Assembly (NCBI GenBank): GCA_038087875.1
Contig: CM075994.1
Span: 7,814,001-7,878,000 of the forward strand
Direction: 5' to 3'
Length of the DNA: 64,000 bases
Source of the DNA: Malacoraja senta
Lineage: Eukaryota
The position numbers and the translations under genes are program-made. This document shows positions 14,131 to 26,600 of this stretch, in pieces. The number at the start of each line of letters is the position of its first letter. Position 1 is the stretch's first letter. Under the pieces are notes generated by a model that did not search any database, was not told the origin of the DNA, and saw only the letters and a list, made by a program, of their open reading frames with translations.

Positions 14131-14527
14131 GTGAGTAGGATATGGAATCGAATACATTTGACATATATATAAATTGTAACTGGGTGAAATAGAACTGAAT
14201 TGGAAACGGTAATGACCCCATAGATTTTGGGTAAGAAATACAGCGGGGCTAACTTTATACCAACTACGCCGGAAGCGTTATGGATGTCGTACCCCACAGA
14301 CGAGTGGGCCACTCACTACGGTGTTGAAATTTTAGACACCGTAAATTTATTTGATTTATATATATATTTTTTTTTAATCACAATATGTCACATCTGTGTG
14401 TTTTTTCTTCAAGGACAATCGCGCAGGAGAACTACCAAGGAAGTCTATAATAGAAATACTCCCAAAATAACCAGAGTCCGGAGGTATGAACGCACCACAA
14501 TAATTAAGGTCATTAAAATTGGTAAAA

Positions 14528-17500
14528 ATGCATGACGACAATCAAAAGAAAATAGGAGGAATCACATTATGTAGTTGGAATATAAGGGGGATTAATGAAC
14601 CTATTAAAAGGGGCAAGATACTAGCTCAGTTGAAATCATACAACACGGACATAGCGTTTCTACAGGAAACACATCTTAAACAGCAAGATCAGACAAGACT
14701 GAGGGCGAACTGGATAGGCCAAACATTTCACTCTTCATTTACCTCTAAATCTAGAGGTACTGCAATTATTATTCGTAAAGGAATTCCATTTAAATCAAAG
14801 AACACTATTTTAGATAAGGAAGGGAGATATCTTATAGTAGCAGGGGAGATCAATAATATGCCAATCACGCTGGTAAACATATATGCGCCCAACTTTGATA
14901 ACCCTCAATTTTTTAATAAAATTCTGAATATAATTGCAGAATCTAATTATCAAAATGTTATAATCGGAGGAGATTTTAATTGTGTTTTAGATCCTTATTT
15001 AGATAAATCGATGCAAAAACAAAAAGGTCAGACGAAATCTAAAACCAGTGAACTCTTACACACATATATGGAAAACACAAATATAACAGATGTATGGAGG
15101 ATTGCAAACCCGACGGGAAGGGATTACTCGTTTTATTCAATGGTGCATAAAACATATTCACGGATAGACTATTTTCTAGTGGATACAAAATTAATCTCGC
15201 AATCTTTGAATCCTAAATATCATATTAATGCGATCTCAGATCATTCTCCGTTAACTTTTGTTCTAAAACTAGAAGGAATGTCTATGAATAAACCGTTCTG
15301 GAGGTTTAACTCACAAATTTTAAAAGACCCTCAAGGGAGTATCTATCTAAAAAAACAGATGGATCTATTTTTTGAGTTAAATGATACACCAGAGATATCC
15401 CCCACGTTATTATGGGAATCCTTCAAAGCATTTATAAGAGGAGTCATTATTTCATTTCAAGCTTATCAAAATAAAAAGAATAAGAATGAACAAAGACACT
15501 TAGAAGATCAAATAAAACAGTTAGATATAGATAATGCTAAAGACCCAACTATGGATAAACATAATAAAATACTACTACTGAAATTTCAGTTAAATAAATT
15601 ACTGTCAGAGAAAGTTATAACATTATTTCAAATCACAAAACAAGAACACTTCGAATTCGGGGACAAACCCCACAAACTTCTAGCACGACAACTTAAAAAA
15701 CGGGAAAAAGAGAATGCAATATTAAAGATTAAATCAGATAGAGGGGAAGTATTAACACTACCCAAGGATATTAATAAAAGATTTGCTCAATTTTACCAGA
15801 ATCTATACACATCTAAAACGTCAATAGACAATAATAAAATCTCAGAATTTTTAGATAATTGTAATCTACCACAATTAGAACGCAGGGAACAAGAGGAACT
15901 GGGAGCACAAATTACTTCTAAGGAGATAGAAGACACAATAAAAACACTAAAAAATGGAAAAACACCAGGACCAGACGGATTCAGTAATGAATTTTATAAA
16001 TCTTTTTATGATATAGTTACTCCACGATTACAAAAAATGTATACATATGCTTATAAAGAGCAAAACCTACCTGAAACACTAGCGGAATCAACGATCATAT
16101 TAATACTTAAAAAAGATAAAAATATAGAAGAACCAGGATCATATAGAGCTATTGCTTTGTTAAATACGGATCAGAAAATAATAGCAAAAACATTAGCCAA
16201 TAGATTAAGCAAGTATGTTAGTAGACTAATACATGAGGATCAAACAGGATTTATACCTAAGAGACACTCATTTAATAATTTGAGACGTTTGCTTAACATA
16301 ATGCATTCACATAAATCTTATGACCAAGAGTTAGCTATCATCTCACTGGACGCAGAAAAAGCGTTTGATCAAGTAGAATGGGACTATATGATCAAAGTAT
16401 TGCAAAAATTCCAATTGGGAGAAAACTTTATTGCATGGATAAAACTACTATATAACAAACCTACGGCTAGAATACTAACTAATAATATATTATCTTCAAA
16501 ATTCGAATTATCTAGGGGCAACAGACAAGGATGTTCACTATCACCGCTGTTATTTGCTTTGGTAATTGAACCCCTGGCTGAAAAAATAAGAACACACTCG
16601 AATATTCACGGTTATAACACAAAATATTCAAACAACAAACTATCCCTATATGCTGATGATGTACTACTGTACATCACAAAACCACAAATTAGTATACCAA
16701 ATATATTAAACTTAATTGAGGACTTTGGATCCTTTTCAGGATATAGAATAAATTGGAACAAAAGTGAAATTATGTCGATTAAACCAAAAGATTCAACACA
16801 TCTCAGGAAATTCCCTTTTAAAATAGCTATGGAAAAATTCAAATATTTAGGAATTGAGATTACTAGAAATTACCATGATATGTTTAAAGCTAATTATAAT
16901 CCCCTACTTAAGAAATTAAATAATCTGATTAAATTTTGGAAAACACTTCCGATGTCCTTAATAGGTAGGATAAATGCTATAAAAATGATTTTCTTACCAC
17001 AAATCCTTTACCTATTTCAATCAATACCTATATATCTCCCAAAAAAGTTTTTCAAAAAACTGGACTCAGACATTACAAATTTTATATGGGATTACAAATC
17101 CCACAGAATACAAAGAACACACCTTAACAAACGAAAAGAGTTGGGGGGTCTAGCGCTCCCTAACTTTATGTATTATAACTGGGCAGTAAATATTAAAAAT
17201 ATGATTCACCTGCTGGACAATTCTGCCCAGCAGGTGGACTGGATTATAATGGAAAAAGGGGATTGCTCCCCGAATAATATAGGAGCGATTATTCTCTCTC
17301 CAATAAACTTGAATAATAAAAATTATAATAAAAATCCAATTATATATAGCACTATTAGAACATGGAAGCAAATAAAACAGAATCTAAAATTAAGAAACCT
17401 ATCTCTCTTAATACCAATAGTCAATAACCCATCGTTTAAACCTTCAATCATAGATAAAGCATTTATACAATGGGAAAGAATGGGAATTAAAACGCTCGAA

Positions 17501-18319
17501 GATCTGTATGAATTAGAAAAATTACTATCATTCCAACAACTACAACTGAAATATAATTTGAAAAATAATCAATATTTTAAATATATACAAATCTGTGACT
17601 ATTTGAAAACACACACAAAAGATTATTATAATATGCCTTCCGACTTACTAGATGAAGCAATGAAGACAAAGGCGGAATCAGCTAATTTAATATCATACTT
17701 ATATAATATCATTTTAAATATAGAAATACCCACAACAGATGGAATTAGAAGAGATTGGGAACAAGATCTAGGTATAAAAATTTCAAAAGAGAGTTGGGAT
17801 AATCATTTATTACAGGTGCATAAATGCTCGATCAACGTACGACATACGCTTATCCAATTTAAAACATTACATAGATTATATTATTCAAAAACCAAACTAA
17901 ATAAAATCTTTCCTAACGTCTCACCAATCTGTGATAAATGTATATGTCAAGAAGCTACCATAGCACATTCTTTTGTTTTTTGTACAAAAATCCAAAAATT
18001 CTGGTTTGAAATATTTGATATTTTTTCAAAATTAATCAAAATAAAACTGGTACCAAAACCAGAATGGATTATTTTTGGAATATCGGAAGGTATTCCTGAA
18101 TTAAACGTGTATCAGAAGAATTTACTCAATTATGGGCTAATAATGGGAAAAAAGCTTATACTTAAATTCTGGAAAAATGCGCCCACACCAACAATAAAAA
18201 TGTGGACATCAAATATGTTGGAAACATTACATCTGGAAGAGATGAGATTCCTCCTAGTAGGCAAAGCAGATCAATTTCAAAAGACGTGGTCTACGTTTTT
18301 GGACCTATTACAAGCATGA
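14528..18319 (+). CDS. L1 ORF2p (APE endonuclease, reverse transcriptase, C-terminal CCHC), intact
   Basis: Uninterrupted ORF of about 1263 aa with SWNIRG, LQETH, GGDFN, SDH, RQGCSLSP, YADD and CDKC-X8-H-X4-C. Confidence 0.95.
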   Translation: MHDDNQKKIGGITLCSWNIRGINEPIKRGKILAQLKSYNTDIAFLQETHLKQQDQTRLRANWIGQTFHSSFTSKSRGTAIIIRKGIPFKSKNTILDKEGRYLIVAGEINNMPITLVNIYAPNFDNPQFFNKILNIIAESNYQNVIIGGDFNCVLDPYLDKSMQKQKGQTKSKTSELLHTYMENTNITDVWRIANPTGRDYSFYSMVHKTYSRIDYFLVDTKLISQSLNPKYHINAISDHSPLTFVLKLEGMSMNKPFWRFNSQILKDPQGSIYLKKQMDLFFELNDTPEISPTLLWESFKAFIRGVIISFQAYQNKKNKNEQRHLEDQIKQLDIDNAKDPTMDKHNKILLLKFQLNKLLSEKVITLFQITKQEHFEFGDKPHKLLARQLKKREKENAILKIKSDRGEVLTLPKDINKRFAQFYQNLYTSKTSIDNNKISEFLDNCNLPQLERREQEELGAQITSKEIEDTIKTLKNGKTPGPDGFSNEFYKSFYDIVTPRLQKMYTYAYKEQNLPETLAESTIILILKKDKNIEEPGSYRAIALLNTDQKIIAKTLANRLSKYVSRLIHEDQTGFIPKRHSFNNLRRLLNIMHSHKSYDQELAIISLDAEKAFDQVEWDYMIKVLQKFQLGENFIAWIKLLYNKPTARILTNNILSSKFELSRGNRQGCSLSPLLFALVIEPLAEKIRTHSNIHGYNTKYSNNKLSLYADDVLLYITKPQISIPNILNLIEDFGSFSGYRINWNKSEIMSIKPKDSTHLRKFPFKIAMEKFKYLGIEITRNYHDMFKANYNPLLKKLNNLIKFWKTLPMSLIGRINAIKMIFLPQILYLFQSIPIYLPKKFFKKLDSDITNFIWDYKSHRIQRTHLNKRKELGGLALPNFMYYNWAVNIKNMIHLLDNSAQQVDWIIMEKGDCSPNNIGAIILSPINLNNKNYNKNPIIYSTIRTWKQIKQNLKLRNLSLLIPIVNNPSFKPSIIDKAFIQWERMGIKTLEDLYELEKLLSFQQLQLKYNLKNNQYFKYIQICDYLKTHTKDYYNMPSDLLDEAMKTKAESANLISYLYNIILNIEIPTTDGIRRDWEQDLGIKISKESWDNHLLQVHKCSINVRHTLIQFKTLHRLYYSKTKLNKIFPNVSPICDKCICQEATIAHSFVFCTKIQKFWFEIFDIFSKLIKIKLVPKPEWIIFGISEGIPELNVYQKNLLNYGLIMGKKLILKFWKNAPTPTIKMWTSNMLETLHLEEMRFLLVGKADQFQKTWSTFLDLLQA

Positions 18320-18730
18320 GGTGCAATAGTAATTTAGAAAAACAAATAAATAAATAAAAGGTATCTGGACCTGGTAATGGGAGGTAAAATAAAAATAGAC
18401 TTGGTTGGTAGTTCCTTCTCTATGAAGTATGGTATAAGAGTCATAATAGAGCGATTGTTCCTTCTTTCTTTCTCTTTTTTTTCTAGGGTCTATTTTCTAA
18501 CTTTACTTCCTTCTCTAACCTCTTTTCTAAGGGGCTTTCTTTTCCCAACACTCTTTTGCACTTCACAACCTTTGCGCACTTTCTTCACTTTTCTTACTTC
18601 TTTCTTTTTCTTTTTTTAAGTTTAAAAAAGTGAAGCGGTACAAAAAATGTATTAATATATACGTGTTGTACATTACTGTAATCTACCGTACTTCTAAAAA
18701 ATAAAAAATTAAAAAAAAAAAAAAAAAAAA

Positions 18731-20423
18731 AGAAACAGGTGAATTGATCATGGGGAACAAGGATATGGCAGACCAATTGAATAACTACTTTGGTTCCGTC
18801 TTCACTAAGGAAGACATAAATAATCTGCCGGAAATAGCAGGGGGCCGCGGGTCAAAGGAGATGGAGGAACTGAGTGAAATCCAGGTTAGTCGGGAAGTGG
18901 TGTTGGGTAAATTGAATGGATTAAAGGCCGATAAATCACCAGGGCCAGATAGGCTGCATCCCAGAGTACTTAAGGAAGTAGCTCCAGAAATAGTGGATGC
19001 ATTAGTGATAATTTTTCAAAACTCTTTAGATTCTGGAGTAGTTCCTGAGGATTGGAGGGTAGCAAACGTAACCCCACTTTTTAAGAAGGGAGGGAGAGAG
19101 AAAACGGGGAATTACAGACCAGTTAGTCTAACATCGGTAGTGGGGAAACTGCTAGAGTCACTTATTAAAGATGGGATAGCAGCACATTTGGAAAGTGGTG
19201 AAATCATTGGACAAAGTCAGCATGGATTTACGAAAGGTATATCATGTCTGACGAATCTTATAGAATTTTTCGAGGATGTAACTAGTAGAGTGGATAGGGG
19301 AGAACCAGTGGATGTCTTGTATCTGGACTTTCAGAAGGCTTTCGACAAGGTACCACATAAGAGATTAGTATACAAACTTAAAGCACATGGTATTGGGGGT
19401 TCAGTATTGATGTGGATAGAGAACTGGCTGGCAAACAGGAAGCAAAGAGTAGGAGTAAACGGGTCCTTTTCACAAAGGCAGGCAGTGACTAGTGGGGTAC
19501 CGCAAGGCTCAGTGCTGGGACCCCAGCTATTTACAATTTATATTAATGAACTGGATGAGGGAATTGAAGGCAACATCTCCAAGTTTGCGGATGACACTAA
19601 GCTGGGGGGCAGTGTTAGCTGTGAGGAGGATGCTAGGAGACTGCAAGGTGACTTGGATAGGCTGGGTGAGTGGGCAAATGTTTGGGAGATGCAGTATAAT
19701 GTGGATAAATGTGAGGTTATCCACTTTGGTGGCAAAATCAGGAAAGCAGACTATTATCTAAATGGTGGCCGATTAGGAAATGGGGAGATGCAGCGAGACC
19801 TGGGTGTCATGGTACACCAGTCATTGAAAGTAGGCATGCAGGTGCAGCAGGCAGTGAAGAAAGCGAATGGTATGTTAGCTTTCATAGCAAAAGGATTTGA
19901 GTATAGGAGCAGGGAGGTTCTACTGCAGTTGTACAGGGTCTTGGTGAGACCACACCTGGAGTATTGCGTACAGTTTTGGTCTCCAAATCTGAGGAAGGAC
20001 ATTATAGCCATAGAGGGAGTGCAGAGAAGGTTCACCAGACTGATTCCTGGGATGTCAGGACTTTCATATGAAGAAAGACTGGATAGACTTGGCTTATACT
20101 CGCTAGAATTTAGGAGATTGAGAGGGGATCTTATAGAAACGTACAAAATTCTTATGGGGTTGGACAGGCTAGATGCAGGAAGATTGTTCCCGATGTTGGG
20201 GAAGTCCAGGACAAGGGGTCACAGCTTAAGGATAACGGGGAAATCCTTTAAGACCGAGATGAGGAAAAACTTTTTCACACAGAGAGTGGTGAATCTCTGG
20301 AACTCTTTGCCACAGAGGGTAGTTGAGGCCAGTTCATTGGCTATATTTAAGAGGGAGTTAGATGTGGCCCTTGTGGCTAAGGAGATCAGGGGGTATGGAG
20401 AGAAGGCAGGTACGGGATACTGA
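18731..20423 (+). pseudogene. CR1 ORF2 3' part (RT to C-terminus); its first 774 bp are the duplicated segment
   Basis: 559-aa ORF with PQGSVLGP, KFADD and C-terminal GYGEKAGTGY. Confidence 0.9.
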
Positions 20424-20522
20424 GTTGGATGATCAGCCATGATCATATTGAATGGCGGTGCAGGCTCGAAGGGCCGAATGGCCTACTCCTGCACCTATTT
20501 TCTATGTATCTATGTATCTATG

Positions 20523-20621
20523 CAAGTTTTTGTTGTTGTTGTTGTTATGACTGCAGGGACCGGAATTTTGTTCAGACTTTTGTTTGTTTGAATGACAATA
20601 AAAGGCATTCTGCTTCTATTT
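20523..20621 (+). mobile_element. Short retroposon 3'-tail stub
   Basis: ttttgttcagac...gtttgaatgacaataaa plus a short repeat tail. Resembles the tail at 44560-44610. Confidence 0.5.
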
Positions 20622-22654
20622 CTATGCGGATAGTTCCTCTCCTTGCTATTTGCTTGACTGGCTTTATGATTCATGGCTTGTTACCAGACTCAATGTTGTA
20701 TTTTCTGCTAGTGCCGGTCATTAAGGACAAAGCTGGTAAAGTAGGCAGCCTAAATAATTACAGGCCCATAGCTTTAGCCAGCATACTGTCAAAAGTCTTA
20801 GAAAAATTTCTGCTGGATAAAGTAAATGAGTTTGTTAACTCCACAGATAACCAGTTTGGTTTTAAAGCTAAACATGGCACTGACTTGTGCATATATGCCC
20901 TAAAGGAGATTGTAAACAAATATAGAGGCAAAAACTCTTCAATTCGTATGTGCTTTATTGATGCTTCCAAAGCATTTGATCGTGTTAATCATAGAAAGCT
21001 GTTTGTTAAAATGAGTCAAAGAGGGGTGCCTAAATACATTGTGAGAATTCTGGCTTACTGGTACGCCCACCAGACTATGCAAATAAAATGGGGCAATAGG
21101 GTCTCAGCCCCATTTGGGGTTAGCAATGGTGTTAGACAAGGGGGAATTTTGTCCCCAGTCCTTTTTAATCTTTATATTGATGATCTGTCCAAGCAATTAA
21201 AAGCCTATAATACTGGGTGCATGATTGGTAATATTTTAGTGAACCATATTATGTATACAGATGATCTTGTAGTCTTTAGTACATCTAGCGTGGTCTCCAG
21301 CAGCTCCTTACTATATGTTCTGTGTATGGTGCGGAGCATGATATTAAATATAATGCTTGTAAGAGTGCTGTTATGATCTGTAGAACCAAAGAGGATAAGT
21401 GTCTACAATTTCCTGATTTTAAATTGTCTGACAATAATCTCAGTGTCTGTAATAAGGTAAAATATCTTGGGCATTTTATTACAGAACAAATGACAGATGA
21501 TGAGGATATTTATAGGCAACGACGTATGCTGTATGTACAGGCGAATCTTCACTTGCGTAAGTTTGGTGCGTGTACAGATGTGGTAAAGATGTCGCTGTTT
21601 AGAGCATATTGCACACCACTCTATACTGCGCACCTGTGGTCGAACTATGGAAAGACAAGTTTGAAGAGACTAAAGGTGGCCTATAATAATGCCATGAGAA
21701 CACTGCTAAGGAAACCTAGATGGTGTAGTGCTAGGAACATGTTTGTGGCTGCAGGAGTCAGTACTTTAGAAGCTATCGTAAGAAATCATATATATAAAAT
21801 TATTTGCCTCATTGTAGGACATTGATCATTCTTTTTTATTCTGGATTTTAAATCATGTATTGGGTTTATTTTAATATATAATTTATGATGCTTTTATAAG
21901 TGACATACTAAGATTTTATTTGTATTTTATGGTGTTTTTATATGCAATGTATTTTTATGTAATGTTGTCCCTTGTCTGGAACATGAGTCCGAAATAAAGA
22001 TTATTATTATTATTATTATTTCCATTTGTTCTATGTCTTGCTGCAACTTCCATGCTGTCCCCACCATTCATTTTCATATCAGCCATAAATTTATTAATTA
22101 TACTTTCTCCATTCACTTCCATGTCATTAATATATATCACGAACAGTGAAGGTCAAGAAACTGATCTCTGAAGTGCACCAGCAGTCACAAATGGCCTATA
22201 TTGTAGTTACCTGACTTATCTCTGCTGCCCTTTCTAAATATCGAATAACATTAGCTACTGTCCAGTCTTATGGTACCTTTCCAGTGGCTAATAAAGGTGC
22301 AAAAATCTCTGTCTGAACCCCAGCAATCTGTTCCTTGTTTCCTATAGTAGAGTAGGATAAATCTCATCCAGTCCTGAGGATTTATTCACTTAAGTCATCT
22401 AACACCGCCACTTTCTTAATGCATATATACTCCAGACTATTAATTTATCCACCCCTGACCCCTCTACCCTCAACGTTCTTCTACTTGTGAATACAGTATT
22501 CATGTAGGACCCCTCCCATGTCCCTTGATTTCTATTATAGATAATCCCTTCAGGCACGGGTGTCAGAGTTTATGGGGAGAAGGCAGGAGAATGGGGTTAG
22601 AAGGGAGAAATAGATAGCCATGATTGAATGGCAGAGTAGACTTGATGGGCCTAA

Positions 22655-25428
22655 TTTAAGAATAAGGGGTAAGCCATTTAGAACGGAGATGAGGAAACAC
22701 TTTTTCACACAGAGAGTTGTGAGTCTGTGGAATTCTCTGCCTTAAAGGGCGGTGGAGGCCGGTTCTCTGGATACTTTCAAGAGAGAGCTAGATAGGGCTC
22801 TTTTTTAATTTAATTTTTTATTTTTTTATTTATTAGAAGCAAGTGTACAAAAATATAACCAATGGCATATGACATAATACAGTTATTGTACAGCTTCAAT
22901 TTTGACTTTTAGCTATAGTTAAGAGAAAAGAAGAGAGAAAAAGCAAGAGAGAGAAAAAGTGGAATGTGCAAGGATAGAACCCCTAGACTACCAAAGTGGT
23001 GTAGCCAAAGAGTGAGTAAGTAAAAGAAATAAGGAAGGAATAGAGAAATAAAAAGACAAAAAATAAAGAAAAAGAGAAGTGATGATATATCTGCCTCGCA
23101 TCCCTCCCCACCCATCACCCAACCCGTAATTAGATTTAACTCCAAAATTGTGTTGTACCATACTATCCTTGTAATAAATCAATGAATGGTGTCCATGTCT
23201 TCGAAAAATGTTCTGGTTTTTCTGCTAAGACAAGTCTAACATTTTCAAGATGTAGCGTCTCAGACATGTTTGTAACCCACATTTTAAGAGTAGGGACAGA
23301 TGAATGTTTCCAAAATTTGAGTATTAGTTTTTTCGCCGTTATCAGGCCATAAATAATGATAGCTCAGAGCAGGCTTCTGACGTACCTAGAATAATCAATT
23401 CTGTGTCGGGGTCCAATTTTGTTTTTAGTGTTTTTGAGAAAATTTCAAAAATTCCTCTCCAAAAATTATGTAACTTTATGCAACAGGTGAAGGAATGTGT
23501 TATAGTTGCTTCCTGAAGGAGACATTTATCACAAATAGGAGATACATTTGGAAAGATCTTATTCAGTTTAGACTTTGAATAGTAGAGTCTGTGCAGTATT
23601 TTAAATTGAATTAACGAATGTCTAACGTTAATCGAACAATTGTGTATATATAAAAGCTTTTCTTCCCATCTGTCTTTTAGAATTTTTAAGCCAGGTTCCT
23701 CTTCCCAGGCTCTTCTAATTACTTCTGATGATGGGATTTTTATATTTAAAAGGGTGTTATACAAATATGATGTTAACTTGTTTGACTCCGAATTTCTATT
23801 CATACATTCGTCTAGTATATCTGGCAGCAAAGTTTGGTAGTCATGGGTATATGTTTTCACATAGTCTCGAATTTGAAGGTATCTGAAATATTGATTACCT
23901 TTCAGGTGATATTTCGACTATAATTCTTGAAATGAGAGAAGAGTTCCCATCTCATAAAGATCTCAGAGTTTTTTTATTCTTAATCTTTCCCAATATGTAA
24001 ATGTTTTATCAATAATAGATGGCTTGAACGAAGGGTTATTGGCAATTGGTGAAAGAAGAGATAAATTTCTTAATTTAAAGGTTGACCACTTGTCTCCAGA
24101 TTCGTAAAGTATTGTGAATAATCGGATTTTTATCATATAATGTGTTATTCAAATTTATTGGAGAGAGAAGAATCGCACCTATATTGAAAGGCGAACAATC
24201 CTCTCTCTCCATTATTAACCAATCTACCTGTTGGCCTGTATTGTCCAGCCAGTAGATTACATTTTTAATATTCGTTGCCCAGTAATAGTATAAGAAGTTG
24301 GGGAGAGCCAATCCACCAATTTCTTTGGGTTTACATAAATGCCGTTTATGAATTCTATGTGTTTTATAATCCGAAATAAAGTTTGTAATCAGAGAATCAA
24401 GTTTTTTGAAAAAAAATTTAGGAAGATATGTCGGTATTGATTGGAATAAATACAGGATTTGTGGGAGGAAGATCATCTTTATAGCATTTATTCTGCCTAT
24501 TAGAGACATCGGAAGTGTTTTCCAGAATTGAATAAGAGCGTTTAATTTAGTAACTAAAGGAGGGAAGTTTGCGTTGAATAGAGAAGTATATTTTCTGGTT
24601 ACCTGAACACCCAGACATTTGAATTTTTCCGTAGCAATTCTGAAAGGGAATTTTAGGAGGTGTGTCGACTCTTGTGGTTTTATTGACATAATTTCACTTT
24701 TGTTCCAGTTTATTCTATATCCTGAAAAGGAGTCGAATTCCTCTATAAGATTTAATATATTTGGAATGCTAACTTGGGAATTGGTGATATATAATAATAC
24801 ATCATCTGCATATAATGATATTTTATTATTGGAGTATTTAGAATTATAGCCGTGAATGTTCGGATGTACTATTATACTTTCCGCTAGAGGTTCAATCTCA
24901 AGGGCAAATAACAGGGGTGATAATGCACATCCCTGAATATTGCCCCTGGATAACTGAAATTTAGGTGAGAGTATATGGTTAGTCAGTATTCTGGCAGTCG
25001 GCTTATCATATAACAGTTTTATCCATGAGATAACATTTTCTCCCAACTGAGATTTTTGCAATACTGTAAAAAGATATTTCCATTCTACTTGATCAAATGC
25101 TTTTTCTGCATCTAATAAAATAATTGGTATTCTTTTATAGTTCTGTGTGAGTACATTATGTACAAAAGGCGTCTCAAATTATTAAACGAATATCTCTTGG
25201 GTATAAATCCCGTTTGATCCGAGTGTATTAATTTATTAACGTATTTACTTAATCTTCTTGCCAAAGTTTTCGCTGATAGGGCTCTTAAAGATAACGGAGT
25301 CAGAGGATATGGGGAGAAGGCAGGAACGGGGTACTGATTGGGGATGATCAGCCATGATCACATTGAATGATGCTGCTGGCTCGAAGGGCCGAATGGCCTA
25401 CTCCTGCACTTATTGTCTATTGTCTATT
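22655..25428 (+). mobile_element. CR1 3' fragment hosting an L1 insertion
   Basis: CR1 C-terminus is continuous across the L1. (CTATTGT)n tail. Confidence 0.8.
22803..25274 (-). mobile_element. 5'-truncated L1 related to the copy at 12886
   Basis: Homologous ORF2 RT to CCHC pieces. T-rich tail at the left end. 12-bp TSD gatagggctctt at 22791-22802 and 25275-25286. Cut site TTT/AAGA. Confidence 0.92.
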
Positions 25429-25589
25429 CCGCTCCTCTCACTTATGATTTTATGATCTTATGACCCACTCTTTCCCTAGCCTGCCTCTTGCTCCTAATGT
25501 TTCTATAGAATGACTTCGGATTCTCTTTAATCTCACCTGCCAAGAATATTTCATGGACTCTTTTCCTTCTTAATTTCTGAATTTCTTTG

Positions 25590-25850
25590 TTAACTATTGC
25601 CGCTACACCATCTACCAATCCCAGCTGTGGAGACATTGGTATAGTTGTCTCGTTGTAGGACACTGATTTTTTAAATTCTTGATGTTAAACCATGCATTGT
25701 GCTTTTGTATGTAATTTATTGTGATTTCATAATTAATTTACTGTGCTTATGTATGTAATTTATTGTGCTTTTGTATGCAATCTATTCTATGTAATTTCTT
25801 GTCTTTAAGTTGGACCTTGAGTCTATAATAAAAAAGTAAGTAAGTAAGTA
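25590..25850 (+). mobile_element. 3' end of an RTE-X-like LINE
   Basis: ttgtaggacactga and ggaccttgagtc..aataaa parallel 21810-22000. (TAAG)n tail. Confidence 0.55.
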
Positions 25851-25999
25851 TATTCCTCCTTTTTTCCTGGTCAAATCTTCAATAAATTTTGTCATCTGAG
25901 AGTTGCCATCTTTTCCTAACATCGTTAACTTAATTTATTTCCCTAAACTCGTGCTAACTCTTTTGTGGGTTTACCTGAAAGCATCTGCTCCCAGAGTCG

Positions 26000-26600
26000 T
26001 ACAGCATAGAACAGGCCCTGTGTCTACCATGTGAATGCCAATCCTTATGTCTATCTAGATTAATCCCACTTGCCTGCATTGATTTCATATCTCTTCATGC
26101 CTTGCTTATTAACTCTCTTACTCTTGAATAAACTCTCTTGAATCTTGAATGAACTTCCTGTCCAGATGTCTTTTAAATGTTGTGACTGTTCCTGTCACCA
26201 CCACCTCCTCTGGCAACTTATTTGTGGTACAAATTACTCTTTCTGTGAAAAGCTTACCTGTCAGTTCTCCTTCAAAAATCCTCCCTCTCACCTTAAAAAA
26301 ACACCTTTGTCCTTTAGTTCTTTAGAGACACCTACCATTGAAGACAGACATTGACTAACTACCTTATCTATGCCTCTGGTAATTTTACATACCTCTATAA
26401 TGTCACTTCTCAGCCTCCTCCGCAACAGGGAAAGCAAATCCAAACTTTCTCCTTTCTCCTTCGAAACTTAAGCTCTACAATCCATGCTTGTGAATCACTT
26501 CCACTCTAGCTTAATCACATTCCTGTGCAACCAGAACTGCACAAACTACTCCAAGTGCAGCCCATCTATGATTTGTATGCAATTCTCCAACTCTAATACA
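26000..26600 (-). mobile_element. Old CR1 3' fragment
   Basis: Degenerate reverse match to the CR1 C-terminus and 3' UTR. Confidence 0.55.

Larger units (their letters stand above)
12886..18730 (+). mobile_element. L1-clade LINE, 5'-truncated within ORF1, with poly(A) tail
   Basis: ORF1 remnant, 1.2-kb spacer, intact ORF2, pyrimidine-rich 3' UTR, AATAAA at about 18700 and poly(A) at 18711-18731. Confidence 0.95.
10501..20522 (+). mobile_element. Young CR1 LINE, 5'-truncated in ORF1 and interrupted by an L1
   Basis: ORF1 remnant, endonuclease, RT, 3' UTR and (TCTATGTA)n tail. Confidence 0.95.
10000..22020 (+). mobile_element. RTE-X-like LINE split by nested insertions (pieces about 10000-10500 and 20622-22020)
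   Basis: Joining across the insert gives EHLKYASMRIVPLLAIC. RT motifs NYRPIALAS, DASKAFDRVNH, GVRQGGILSP and MYTDDL. aataaa plus (ATT)n tail at about 22000. Clade assigned by motif resemblance. Confidence 0.75.

Noticed and set aside
11074..20446. Antisense ORFs over CR1 and L1
   Set aside because: Shadow frames of the LINE coding sequence.
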